Source: Peptostreptococcaceae bacterium (GTDB lineage Bacteria > Bacillota > Clostridia > Peptostreptococcales > BM714). From it: 64,000 nucleotides of DNA. This document shows, piece by piece, positions 28,100 to 37,444 of the stretch. The notes under the pieces were generated by a model. That model was not told the DNA's origin and did not search any database. It saw only the letters and a program-made list of their open reading frames with translations. Within the stretch, counting starts at the first letter, position 1; every line of letters starts with the position of its first letter. Position numbers and translations under genes: made by a program. The stretch covers positions 349 through 64,348 of the forward strand of contig JAENWJ010000003.1 in NCBI GenBank assembly GCA_016649995.1, written 5' to 3'.

Positions 28100-28915
28100 T
28101 TATATGGCAAAACGAATTATACATAGAGTGAATGATCGAAATCTATAGCCATAAGATGGAACAATTGGTCGAGCAATTGGAAACCATTATCATAAACAAT
28201 GAAAAGACTTAGGACATTTTATAGGATATCTCTGAAATTTTAAACGGGAAACCGGAGGCAGATAATAATCGGAACCTTGAAGATGTACAGGACGAAGGTG
28301 TTTTGGACTTGGATTTAGAGGCGGGCGACAGGTTTTACCATGTTAAAATCAGTTTTGATGAAGATTCTCAGCTGGAAAATGTAAGGACTTTTTCCATCGT
28401 AAATGGTATAATGTAATTCGGTAAGTAGGTTTTTCATTATCCTTCGGATTTTAAAAGCGATTCTAACGAAGCATTAATTCGAGTAAAAGGCTTTGAAAAA
28501 TTTGGAAATAGAAGAAATCGATGTGAATATTTACAAGTCGATTGCTGGGGAATTACAAGGCGAAAGCAGAAATTCAGAAAAAGAAGTATCGGAGAAAAAG
28601 GAATCATCTTTAATTATCGAGAAAGCAAAAGATAAAGGAAGACAATAAACTGAATAAAGTTGCGAAAAAGCAAAAATATATAAGTGTTAAACGGAAAGGG
28701 ATTGAATAGGGGAAGAATTGTTGAAGAGGCGATAGAAAAGGGATTTTTTACCAATAAAGAAATCGCCGGCTTTTACGGACGGGAAGTCGGCATGGATGTG
28801 GTGGCTCGCGATATTGAGAAAATCGGTGGTGTAGTCCGAATCGAAAGTCACAGAGGAATAATATTGAAGCGGTTCGCAATATCCTTGAAACCTTACGAAT
28901 CCCGGTAAAAACAAT
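28100..28915 (+). pseudogene. cheA: Decayed cheA (histidine kinase) remnant
   Basis: One frame reads MEQLVEQLETIIINNEKT*DIL*DISEILNG...DRFYHVKISFDEDSQLENVRTFSIVNGIM*, which is CheA P1/P2-like, with in-frame TAG stops at 28210 and 28222. A later fragment, NGKGLNRGRIVEEAIEKGF...GREVGMDVVARDIEKIGGVVRIESHRG, resembles the CheA ATP-binding domain (consensus DDGrGl...kA.ekGl...SGRGVGMDVV...lgG.i...S..G) but has internal deletions. The whole remnant is about 0.8 kb, versus about 2 kb for an intact gene. Confidence 0.65.
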
Positions 28916-28968
28916 GGAAGTGAAGAAATTACAGTAAAAGGATTATTGTTTTCGGGAGGTTTATTTAA

Positions 28969-29331
28969 ATGGCGAAAAGCGTTTTAATAGTGGATGATGC
29001 AGTATTTGTTAGAATGATGGTTAAGGACATACTCGAAAAAAATGGTTTCATGGTTGTAGGTGAAGCGGGAAACGGAATAAAGGCAGTAGAGGAGTACAAA
29101 AAACTGAAACCGGACATTGTGACGATGGATATAACTATGCCGGAGATGAACGGAATCGAAGCCTTGAAGGAAATCAAGAAATTCGATCCAAAAGCAAAAG
29201 TGATTATGTGCAGCGCTAGGGGACAACAGGTTATGGTCTTGGACGCCATTAAGGCAGGTGCCATGGATTTCATTGTCAAGCCTTTTAACGGTGAACGTGT
29301 TGTCGAGGCAATTTACAAGGCATTGAAATAA
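28969..29331 (+). CDS. cheY: Chemotaxis response regulator CheY
   Basis: 120-aa receiver domain: LIVDDAVFVR, phospho-acceptor VTMDITMPEMNG, and FIVKPF. Confidence 0.9.
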   Translation: MAKSVLIVDDAVFVRMMVKDILEKNGFMVVGEAGNGIKAVEEYKKLKPDIVTMDITMPEMNGIEALKEIKKFDPKAKVIMCSARGQQVMVLDAIKAGAMDFIVKPFNGERVVEAIYKALK

Positions 29332-29352
29332 ACTCCGTAAAGAGGTGGTCTC

Positions 29353-30336
29353 ATGGAAAAAATATTATCTCAAGCAGAAATCGATACTTTAATCAATGAG
29401 ATAAGCAGTGGCGCTGAGAAATCCGAAAAAATTGTAAAGACGGAGGAAAAACGGCGGATAAAAAATTACGATTTTAGAAGACCCAACAAGTTTTCTAAAA
29501 ATCATATAAATGTCATCAAATCCATTTACCAAAATTACGCCAGAATCCTATCCAATATTTTATCCAATCAAATGAGAGCTGATATTGAAATGAAGGTGGC
29601 ATCCGTTGAGCAGGTCATCTATGGTGAATTCATGCGTTCTGTTTTAAATCCTACGCTCATGTGTATTTTTAGAATGGAACCATTGAGAGGTCCCATGATA
29701 TTGGAGGCTAAACCGCAGTTGGGATTTCAATTGGTGGATTTGCTATGCGGTGGAACGTTGCGTAATAACATCGAGTTGAGGGAATTCACGGAAATTGAAA
29801 TCAGCATAATAAAGGAGGTTATGGCCATGATGATAAACGAAAACAAGATGGCCTGGAAGGAATTTTTAGATTTGGAACCCGTCATGGACGGGATAGAAAC
29901 CAACGGCCAATTGAACGAGATATTGTCGTTTGGAGTAGCCGTTTGCCTAATAACTTTTAGTATCAATATAAATGGCGAACAAAGTTTGATTAATATGTGC
30001 ATCCCGTATAGAGCTTTTGACGGATCCCTTGACAAACTCCACACTAATACTTATCAAGAAATGGATAGTATGGCATCTGTAGATATGCACCGATTCGACA
30101 TAGAGCAAATCATAGGAAAAAGCAACGTGAATCTGAGGGTGAATCTCGGAGAAGCGCAAATCACTGTGGAGGATTTCATGGAGCTTAGTTGCGGAGATGT
30201 GCTGCAACTGGACATACTGGCAGGGGAACCCATGAAACTATACGTAGAGGACTGCGAGTATCTGCGTGTTCAGCCTGGTCTCTACAATAAAAAATTGGCA
30301 GTTCAGGTCGTAGAATATACAAGAAAGGATGTGTAA
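29353..30336 (+). CDS. fliM: Flagellar motor switch protein FliM
   Basis: N-terminal LSQAEIDTLI CheY-binding peptide; size and position fit. Confidence 0.9.
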   Translation: MEKILSQAEIDTLINEISSGAEKSEKIVKTEEKRRIKNYDFRRPNKFSKNHINVIKSIYQNYARILSNILSNQMRADIEMKVASVEQVIYGEFMRSVLNPTLMCIFRMEPLRGPMILEAKPQLGFQLVDLLCGGTLRNNIELREFTEIEISIIKEVMAMMINENKMAWKEFLDLEPVMDGIETNGQLNEILSFGVAVCLITFSININGEQSLINMCIPYRAFDGSLDKLHTNTYQEMDSMASVDMHRFDIEQIIGKSNVNLRVNLGEAQITVEDFMELSCGDVLQLDILAGEPMKLYVEDCEYLRVQPGLYNKKLAVQVVEYTRKDV

Positions 30337-30339
30337 TAG

Positions 30340-31416
30340 GTGAGCGACAACTTTTTATCTCGGGAAGAAATTGATTCTCTGCACCGCAAGAGTATGGACG
30401 TAGACGATACGGAAGATATCAGTCCTCAGGAAAGAGATGTAATGGGGGAAGTGGGAAACCTTTCCATGTCGACAGTGACCACGGCCTTGTCAACTTTATT
30501 GAATAAACAAGTCAGTATTACGACTACGCAAGTGGAGTTGACAACATTCAAGGAACTGGTCGCCAACTTCGAGACACCCTATGTTTTGTTGCAGGTGAAA
30601 TTTAATGAGGGGCTTCACGGAACAAACGCTCTTTTGATGAGAAACAGGGACGCATCAATCATTGCCAACCTCATGATGGGTGGAGATGGCAGCAATCCGA
30701 ACAAGGAAATGTCGGAAATAGAGTTCAGTGCAGTGTCTGAAGCTATGAATCAAATGATAGGCTCGACTTCAACGGCTATATCTACCATGCTGGGACGGTC
30801 TGTGGACATAGATACGCCCTTCATCCAGGTAGGGGATGATACTGGAAAAATCGAACTTCAAGATCTTTCGGCCGACACGAAAGTCGTAAAAATTGTTTTT
30901 AATATGAAAATCGAAGACCTGATTGATAGCGAAATCACGCAATTGTATATGATTGAAACCGCCAAAGAGATTTCAAAGGGTATGCTGGAAGGCCTCGACT
31001 CACCGGATTCAAAGCCTGAAAATACCTTTGGAGAAGAGCTTGAAACGAAACCCTTCTTTGAATCTGAAGTTTTTGAAATGGAAAGACCTAATGAAGATGT
31101 TCGAATCCAAAAACCGATGTTTGCGGAATTAAAGGAGCAATCAAGGCAAAGGGGTCCGAGAAACATAGATCTAATTTTCGATGTGCCGCTGGAATTAAGC
31201 GTGGTTCTTGGAAAGACGAAAAAAAGCATAAAGGATATTTTGGCGCTTGAGCCGGGAACCATTGTGGAATTGAATAAATTGGTTGAAGAGCCACTGGAAA
31301 TATACATCAACGGCAAACATTTGGCACAGGGAGAAGTAGTAGTGGTGGATGAAAAATTCGGTATACGTATCACAAATATTCTCAGCGCAGCTGAAAGGGT
31401 ACTCAAATTGGGTTAA
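30340..31416 (+). CDS. fliY: Flagellar motor switch protein FliY (CheC-like domain plus FliN C-terminal domain)
   Basis: 358 aa, GTG start. N-terminal LSREEIDSL peptide. C-terminal FliN/SpoA-type domain DVPLELSVVLGKTKKSIKDILALEPGTIVELNKLVEEPLEIYINGKHLAQGEVVVVDEKFGIRI. Confidence 0.85.
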   Translation: MSDNFLSREEIDSLHRKSMDVDDTEDISPQERDVMGEVGNLSMSTVTTALSTLLNKQVSITTTQVELTTFKELVANFETPYVLLQVKFNEGLHGTNALLMRNRDASIIANLMMGGDGSNPNKEMSEIEFSAVSEAMNQMIGSTSTAISTMLGRSVDIDTPFIQVGDDTGKIELQDLSADTKVVKIVFNMKIEDLIDSEITQLYMIETAKEISKGMLEGLDSPDSKPENTFGEELETKPFFESEVFEMERPNEDVRIQKPMFAELKEQSRQRGPRNIDLIFDVPLELSVVLGKTKKSIKDILALEPGTIVELNKLVEEPLEIYINGKHLAQGEVVVVDEKFGIRITNILSAAERVLKLG

Positions 31417-31481
31417 TAGAGAGCAAGTCAGAAATTTTCGATTCAGAAATCCTTGATTTTTAAGAAAGTTTTTTGAAACAG

Positions 31482-31508
31482 TAAACTTCTACATGGGGAT
31501 GCCGATAT
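31482..31508 (+). promoter_or_regulatory. SigD (sigma-28) promoter of the flgM operon
   Basis: TAAA (31482-31485), N15, then GCCGATAT (31501-31508). This matches the Firmicute SigD consensus exactly. Confidence 0.8.
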
Positions 31509-31556
31509 AATAATAAGGGAAGATATGGACAAGACCGGATAAAGAGGTGGATAGTT

Positions 31557-31847
31557 ATGAAGATAAACAGAACGGGATATGCACAGTTTGTACAAAAACT
31601 TGAAAAAAGCATAGAAAAGAATAATATAAGCTCAAAATCGGGAGAAAAGGACACCATCAAATTGTCCGAGGCCTCACAAAAAATCAAAGATTATGCCAAG
31701 GCCATTAAAACCATGGATTTCGGAAATGCCAATAAGGTTGAATCCATAAAAGCAAAATTGCAGGCAGGAACATACAAAGTGTCTTCAAGGGAATTGGCAG
31801 ACCGCATACTTGCTGAAATCAATCAGCAGATGTACAAGGAGAAATAA
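31557..31847 (+). CDS. flgM: Anti-sigma-28 factor FlgM
   Basis: 96 aa. The C-terminus VESIKAKLQAGTYKVSSRELADRIL is typical of FlgM. Confidence 0.85.
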   Translation: MKINRTGYAQFVQKLEKSIEKNNISSKSGEKDTIKLSEASQKIKDYAKAIKTMDFGNANKVESIKAKLQAGTYKVSSRELADRILAEINQQMYKEK

Positions 31848-31850
31848 ATC

Positions 31851-32300
31851 ATGAGGCATTTATTGCAGCGACAGGAAAATCTTTTGAGGCGGCTTGCAGA
31901 TTTGCTTCGCGAGGAGAAAGATGTTCTAATACATGAAGACGGGAAGCGTCTAATGAAGCTTGTTGCCCTCAAAGAGTCGATACAGAAGGATTTGGATCAA
32001 ACGGAAAACTTTAGAAAAGAGGCATGGGGAAATATTTCCTTGGGTGAGATGGTCCGTCAATTGGACGAAAAAAGGGGTCGGAGCCTTTTTGAAAAGGGCG
32101 AAGCCATAAAGAATCTTGCGGATGAAGTCAAGGCGCTTCAGGAAATAAATATTATGCTCACTCAGCAATCCGTGAAGTATGCCCAACGGCTCATGGACAT
32201 ACTTCAAAAAGCTATTAGAAAGAGCGGAATCACCTATGGACAAAAGGGTACTGTTGCGAACAAGCAAGGAGTGACAGCATCTATGGACAGATCGGTTTAG
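31851..32300 (+). CDS. FlgN-family flagellar chaperone
   Basis: 149 aa, helical, located between flgM and flgK as in other Firmicutes. Confidence 0.6.
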   Translation: MRHLLQRQENLLRRLADLLREEKDVLIHEDGKRLMKLVALKESIQKDLDQTENFRKEAWGNISLGEMVRQLDEKRGRSLFEKGEAIKNLADEVKALQEINIMLTQQSVKYAQRLMDILQKAIRKSGITYGQKGTVANKQGVTASMDRSV

Positions 32301-32309
32301 GGGGAAGTC

Positions 32310-33890
32310 ATGTCAGGCATATTTCAAGCATTTAATGTGGCAAAGCTCGGCATGCAGGTGCAGCAATATGCCGTAAACACCACGAGTCACAACATTTCAA
32401 ATGCAAATACGGAAGGGTTCTCAAGGCAGAGGGTCAATCTGCAGACGACCCAGCCTTTTAGTTATGCCGGCATCGGACAGTTAGGTACCGGCGTGGAAGT
32501 CGTCTCCATAACCCGGACTAGAGACGAACTCCTCGATGCACAGATACGTTTTGAGAACGCCATAGAGGGGCGTTTCGAATCCGGAGAGGCTGCCCTTGAG
32601 CAGGTGGAAATGATATTGCTCGAGCCGAGCGATACGGGGCTCAATTCAACCTTGGGCGAATTTTGGAATTCGTGGCAGGAATTGAGCAAAACTCCTGAGA
32701 ATGTCAGTGCCAAGACTATAGTTGCGCAGGGAGCAGTTACTCTGACAGGCACAGTAAACCACTTGGACGGACAGATGGAAACCCTTAAAGCAGACCTGAC
32801 GACCTTACAGACGTCAAAGGTCTATGATGCAAACGTGCTTTTGGGACAGATAAACGATATGAACGACCAGATATATAGAGTTAATATCAAGGGAATGGAG
32901 CCAAACGATCTCATGGACCGAAGGGATCTCCTCGTGGACAGGCTTTCTTCCATAATAAACATAGAAACGAGCCTAGACAAGAACGGCAGCATGGAGATAA
33001 CAAACAGGGAGACAGGCAAGATTCTACTTGACGTGAATCCAAAAGAGCCTGCCGAGATGGAAATGTCCGTAGTTCAATCAGTCGTGTTTGTGGAAGGCGA
33101 TACGGATGGAGAATGGCATCTCACAGTTTCACTAAAGGGTGATCCAACTGATATTCATACCGTAAAAACGAACGTTGCTGATTATACGCAGGGTGATGTT
33201 ATTTTCACCGATCCCAGAGAGGATTGGAATGATGGAACAGTGATATTGACGAAACCGGACCTCAAGGAAGGCGCTCTGGTGGGAAACACCATGGCAATGA
33301 CAGATATTTCAAACTATCAGGACCAGCTGGATTTGCTCGTCAATGGGATAGCGCAAGCGGTAAACAAAATTCATAATCCTGATGGTGTTACGGTGGATTT
33401 CTTCACGGGACAAGAAGGCGAACCATTCACTGCCGAAAACATATCTGTAAATGCGGCTATTCTGCAGGATGAGAATTTGGTGCAGGCGGGAGCAGTTTTG
33501 GACGGCCCCGCCGGCGACGGAAGCCGGGCACTGGCTATCGCCCAGCTCAGGAACGGTCGGTTCGACATGGCTGCAATCGGTTTGGATTTAGCCGGATACG
33601 ATGCCGTGGATATGTCTGTGCCCTCGAATGCGGAGGGAACCTTTGACAGCTTCTACAAGGGAATCATTGCTACAGTCGGAATCGACACGCAGAGCGCCCA
33701 GCGGGGATTAGAGAACCAGGAAACCCTGCTGCTTCAGCTTAACCAGCGCAAGGAATCCATTTCAGGAGTTTCCATAGACGAGGAAGTGGCAAACCTCATA
33801 CAATACCAGACGGCCTATCAAGCCAACGCAAGGGTAATGTCCACACTGACGCAGATGTTGGACACCCTCTTGAATGGACTGTTCGCATAG
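32310..33890 (+). CDS. flgK: Flagellar hook-associated protein 1, FlgK
   Basis: Conserved N-terminus (GLQVQQYAVNTTSHNISNANTEGFSRQ) and C-terminus (VSIDEEVANLIQYQTAYQANARV). Confidence 0.9.
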   Translation: MSGIFQAFNVAKLGMQVQQYAVNTTSHNISNANTEGFSRQRVNLQTTQPFSYAGIGQLGTGVEVVSITRTRDELLDAQIRFENAIEGRFESGEAALEQVEMILLEPSDTGLNSTLGEFWNSWQELSKTPENVSAKTIVAQGAVTLTGTVNHLDGQMETLKADLTTLQTSKVYDANVLLGQINDMNDQIYRVNIKGMEPNDLMDRRDLLVDRLSSIINIETSLDKNGSMEITNRETGKILLDVNPKEPAEMEMSVVQSVVFVEGDTDGEWHLTVSLKGDPTDIHTVKTNVADYTQGDVIFTDPREDWNDGTVILTKPDLKEGALVGNTMAMTDISNYQDQLDLLVNGIAQAVNKIHNPDGVTVDFFTGQEGEPFTAENISVNAAILQDENLVQAGAVLDGPAGDGSRALAIAQLRNGRFDMAAIGLDLAGYDAVDMSVPSNAEGTFDSFYKGIIATVGIDTQSAQRGLENQETLLLQLNQRKESISGVSIDEEVANLIQYQTAYQANARVMSTLTQMLDTLLNGLFA

Positions 33891-33897
33891 GAGGGAC

Positions 33898-34791
33898 ATG
33901 ATGAGAGTCACAAACAGCAGTATAATGGCTAATTATCTGTATAATCTGAACAGGAATTTGGAAAACATGCAGAAGTTTCAGAATCAGCTTTCCACGGGGA
34001 AGGAAATCACAAGGCCCTCAGACGACCCGTTCCTGGCGACCAGGGCATTGGATATTCAGACTTCTATCGACCGTAACGACCAGTACCTTAGAAACATAGA
34101 AGATTCCAGCGGTTGGACCGAGATGACAGACAGCGCATTGGGAGGCATGGGAGATATGCTTCAAAAAATCCGTGAGCTGACCGTCTACGGGGCAAACGGA
34201 ACCTTGGCGCCGGAAGACATGAAGGCTATAGCAAACGAGGTTGGGCAAAACATAGAGGCTATCGCACAGATTGGGAATACAAACTACGATGGCAGGTACG
34301 TTTTGGCCGGGCAGAAAACCACGGAGCCGCCATTTTCGGTTTCGGGATATATGCTTGCATACGGAGGAGACGATGGGGCGCTTAACCGCGAGCTCTCTGA
34401 GAACGTAACAATGGATGTAAGTGTTTCCGGAGGCCGGCTTACGGACGGCTCCGTGGAATCCTTGGGGGATACATTGAAAAACATAATGAACAGATTGGAA
34501 TCGGGGCAAAACTCTGAACTTTCTTCGGATTCGTTGGAGAAGCTGGATGAGCACCTCGAAAATCTACTGAGTCTTCGGGCGGAGATTGGCGCCAAGTACA
34601 ACCGGCTCCAGGCCGCGAAATCAAAAAACGAGGCTGAGACAATCAATTTGACAGAGCTGCTATCGGAGACAGAGGACATAGACATGGCCGAGAAAATCAT
34701 GGAGTTTTCCATGATGGAAAATGTATATCAGGCTTCATTGGCGACGGGGGCAAGGATACTCCAGCCATCGCTATTGGATTATTTGAGATAA
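33898..34791 (+). CDS. flgL: Flagellar hook-associated protein 3, FlgL
   Basis: MMRVTNSSIMANYLYNLNRNLENMQKFQNQLSTGKEITRPSDDP. ATG at 33898 or 33901, after SD AGGAGGGA. Confidence 0.9.
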   Translation: MMRVTNSSIMANYLYNLNRNLENMQKFQNQLSTGKEITRPSDDPFLATRALDIQTSIDRNDQYLRNIEDSSGWTEMTDSALGGMGDMLQKIRELTVYGANGTLAPEDMKAIANEVGQNIEAIAQIGNTNYDGRYVLAGQKTTEPPFSVSGYMLAYGGDDGALNRELSENVTMDVSVSGGRLTDGSVESLGDTLKNIMNRLESGQNSELSSDSLEKLDEHLENLLSLRAEIGAKYNRLQAAKSKNEAETINLTELLSETEDIDMAEKIMEFSMMENVYQASLATGARILQPSLLDYLR

Positions 34792-34799
34792 GAGAAGAG

Positions 34800-35246
34800 G
34801 TGCGTAGCGAGGTGAAGGTCAATACAAGAATTTTGGGAGAAATCGAAGTGGCACCTGAGGCAATTATAACGTTCAAGGAAGGACTTCTTGGTTTGGAAGA
34901 ATTCAAAGCGTACGTGCTTCTTGAACTCCCGGACAATGATAGGTTTTATTGCCTTCAAAGCCTAGAGCGTCCGGATACGGCATTTTTTGTTATACGGCCT
35001 TGGGATTTCTTCCCCGACTACGAGGCGGAGATTCCCGATGGCGAGATGAGAACCGTGGGGATCTCAAAGGTTGATCAGGTGAATCTTTATTGCATTCTTA
35101 CTATTTCCGGAGAAATAAAGGAAATGACGGCAAATCTTCTCGCACCGATTATTATTGGAGGCGAAAAAAATGAAGGGAAACAGGTTGTACTTAAGAAAAC
35201 CGAGTATAAGACAAAGCATCGGCTCTTTACGGGGAAAGGGGTGTAG
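34800..35246 (+). CDS. fliW: Flagellar assembly factor FliW
   Basis: KVNTRILGEIEVAPEAIITFKEGLLGLEEF matches FliW. The alternative GTG at 34812 gives the more typical MKVNTR start. Confidence 0.9.
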   Translation: MRSEVKVNTRILGEIEVAPEAIITFKEGLLGLEEFKAYVLLELPDNDRFYCLQSLERPDTAFFVIRPWDFFPDYEAEIPDGEMRTVGISKVDQVNLYCILTISGEIKEMTANLLAPIIIGGEKNEGKQVVLKKTEYKTKHRLFTGKGV

Positions 35247-35249
35247 ATT

Positions 35250-35498
35250 GTGCTCGTGCTAAGCAGGAAGGAAAACGAAGGTATAATAATAGGGGAAGGA
35301 ATCATCGTCCGCGTCATGGGAATAGAGGACGGGCGGGTCAGTATAGGGATAGAGGCCCCCAAGGAGGTGTCAATCCACCGCGAGGAAGTCTTCGAGGCCA
35401 TCAGAAAAGAGAACATGGAAGCGTCCGGGGCGACTGCGGGCCTTATGGATGCATTGGGTGAATTGAATGGATTGCAACCTTGGAAAGACCGAAAATGA
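35250..35498 (+). CDS. csrA: Carbon storage regulator CsrA
   Basis: (M)LVLSRKENEGIIIGEGIIVRVMGIEDGRVSIGIEAPKEVSIHREEV. Confidence 0.95.
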   Translation: MLVLSRKENEGIIIGEGIIVRVMGIEDGRVSIGIEAPKEVSIHREEVFEAIRKENMEASGATAGLMDALGELNGLQPWKDRK

Positions 35499-35514
35499 AA
35501 ACGGTCTTTTTTTA
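35485..35514 (+). terminator. Terminator overlapping the csrA stop
   Basis: AAGACCG-loop-CGGTCTT followed by TTTTTTT. Confidence 0.7.
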
Positions 35515-35536
35515 TTTGCATTTTTTTAAAAAAAGC

Positions 35537-35563
35537 TAAACAAATAGATGGGCCTTCCGATAT
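35537..35563 (+). promoter_or_regulatory. SigD promoter of the flagellin gene
   Basis: TAAA (35537-35540), N15, then TCCGATAT (35556-35563). Confidence 0.8.
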
Positions 35564-35610
35564 ATACATTAGGCGAAGACTTCGGCCGAAGCTTCATCAA
35601 AAAAATCAGG

Positions 35611-35640
35611 CAAGGATGCCAAAAACAAATTCAAGGAGGA
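35611..35640 (+). promoter_or_regulatory. Probable CsrA binding sites in the flagellin leader
   Basis: Two AAGGA motifs: CAAGGATG at 35611, and CAAGGAGGA at 35632 overlapping the SD. This arrangement matches the B. subtilis hag leader, and fliW-csrA lie immediately upstream. Confidence 0.5.
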
Positions 35641-35647
35641 AAAAGAA

Positions 35648-36826
35648 ATGAGAATCAATCACAATATTGCAGCGCTCAACACGTATTCAAGATTAAACAG
35701 TGCAAGCAATGCACAAGCCAAATCATTGGAAAAACTTTCATCTGGGCTTAGAATCAACAGAGCAGGGGACGATGCGGCGGGTCTTGCGATATCCGAGAAG
35801 ATGCGCGGACAGATCAGCGGACTCAACCAAGCCTCAAGAAACGCACAGGACGGAATTTCCATGATTCAGACAGCAGAAGGCGCGCTAAACGAAACGCATT
35901 CCATGCTACAAAGAATAAGGGAATTGGCAGTGCAATCAAACAATGACACGAACACCTCGGACGATATTGTAGAAATACAAAAGGAAATCAAAGCTTTGAC
36001 AGACCAGATTGACAGCATTGCAAGTGATACAGAATTCAACGGAAAAAAATTGCTAAATGGCACTCTCGCACTAAAACTTAAGGTGGATGATCCCGACCTC
36101 TTCCCTGAAGAAGCTGGCACAGCTGTTGGTTCTGTTGGGATTTTGGTCGACGCGGATGTGGATGTTTCTGCAGCTAAAGCAAGTGCGATATATACATTTA
36201 CTTATGGATTGGCAGCTGAAGAGATTTCTTTGTCAAATGGTGAGGGTTTAAGTCAGACAGTAGGTATAGGCACTCTCGGGGCTGTTGCGGAAGGTGATGT
36301 TCTTAATTTTGATAAGCTGGGCGTAAAAATCACGATAGGCGCAACTGCTTCAGTAGCAGGTCTTGATGGACAAACGCTTATAACCGAAGATGATGCAGCA
36401 GTATCCGGAAGCGCTAATCTGCAAATTGGTGCGAATGCAGGACAGGAATTGAGGCTTTCTTTTAGCGATATGAGCGCAGATGCGTTGGGGATGAGCGCTG
36501 GCGCAACATTTGCGTTGAGTGGAGTTGATGTAAGCAGTGATATAAATACTTTTACGGACACTCTAGGAGTGATCGATCAGGCGATTTCAGATGTTTCAAG
36601 TTCAAGATCGACATTGGGAGCTGGGCAGAACCGCCTCGAGCACTCAATCAACAACTTGACAACTTCGGCAGAGAATCTCACAGCCGCCGAATCTAGAGTC
36701 AGAGACGTAGACATGGCCAAGGAAATGATGGAATTCACAAAGAACAACATATTGAGCCAGGCCGCCACGTCTATGCTTGCCCAGGCGAACCAACAGCCTC
36801 AATCGGTTCTTCAGCTTCTCAGATAG
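35648..36826 (+). CDS. fliC: Flagellin
   Basis: MRINHNIAALNTYSRL...LSSGLRINRAGDDAAGLAISEKMRGQ and C-terminal ...ILSQAATSMLAQANQQPQSVLQLLR. Confidence 0.97.
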   Translation: MRINHNIAALNTYSRLNSASNAQAKSLEKLSSGLRINRAGDDAAGLAISEKMRGQISGLNQASRNAQDGISMIQTAEGALNETHSMLQRIRELAVQSNNDTNTSDDIVEIQKEIKALTDQIDSIASDTEFNGKKLLNGTLALKLKVDDPDLFPEEAGTAVGSVGILVDADVDVSAAKASAIYTFTYGLAAEEISLSNGEGLSQTVGIGTLGAVAEGDVLNFDKLGVKITIGATASVAGLDGQTLITEDDAAVSGSANLQIGANAGQELRLSFSDMSADALGMSAGATFALSGVDVSSDINTFTDTLGVIDQAISDVSSSRSTLGAGQNRLEHSINNLTTSAENLTAAESRVRDVDMAKEMMEFTKNNILSQAATSMLAQANQQPQSVLQLLR

Positions 36827-36844
36827 CATATGTAATGAAAGACA

Positions 36845-36880
36845 GCAAGCCGGCCGAATTGTCGGCCGGCTTGCATTTTT
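36845..36880 (+). terminator. Flagellin terminator
   Basis: GCAAGCCGGCCGA-attg-TCGGCCGGCTTGC followed by ATTTTT. Confidence 0.9.
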
Positions 36881-37053
36881 AATGCGAATAAAGCGTTATG
36901 AATAACATTCATAAAAAATGGACCGAGTTTCTTCCTAATATATAGCGGACTGAAAAAAGGCATAAGTGAACTTGGCCGGGACGTGAAATTTCAGGAATTC
37001 GGATTATTATGAATGGTATTCATAATAATAATGCGATAAGGAGGGACTTCTGA

Positions 37054-37434
37054 ATGATAAGCGTGCAGAAATCAAATGGAGTTAAAACGGAAACTTTAGC
37101 AAAACCGTTTTCAATAGGGAAGTTTCCACAAAAAATTTTGGACCGGTCTGCTGATAATATCAAGAAGTCGGGGACAGAGCATCTGCAAGAGGAATTGAAA
37201 GAACCGCCGAGCCGTGAGGAATTAGAGGAGATATTAAAGTTAGCCGGACAGATCATTTTCGGGAATGACACACATTACGAATTCAAGCTTCATGAGAAGA
37301 CGGGAACCATGATGTGCAAGCTGGTCAACAACGAGACCAACGAAACAGTGAGTGAGATCCCGTCCGAAAAGATTCTGGACGTGGTCGCAGGAATATGGGA
37401 ATTAGTAGGAATAATTGTAGACGAAAAGGGTTAG
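37054..37434 (+). CDS. flaG: FlaG family protein
   Basis: C-terminal FKLHEKTGTMMCKLVNNETNETVSEIPSEKILDVVAGIWELVGIIVDEKG is typical of FlaG. Confidence 0.8.
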   Translation: MISVQKSNGVKTETLAKPFSIGKFPQKILDRSADNIKKSGTEHLQEELKEPPSREELEEILKLAGQIIFGNDTHYEFKLHEKTGTMMCKLVNNETNETVSEIPSEKILDVVAGIWELVGIIVDEKG

Positions 37435-37444
37435 GAGTGATTTT

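Noticed and set aside
36930-36950. SigD-type promoter upstream of flaG (CCTAATAT as the -10)
   Set aside because: Only 5 of 8 positions match GCCGATAT, and no TAAA lies at the required 15-nt spacing.
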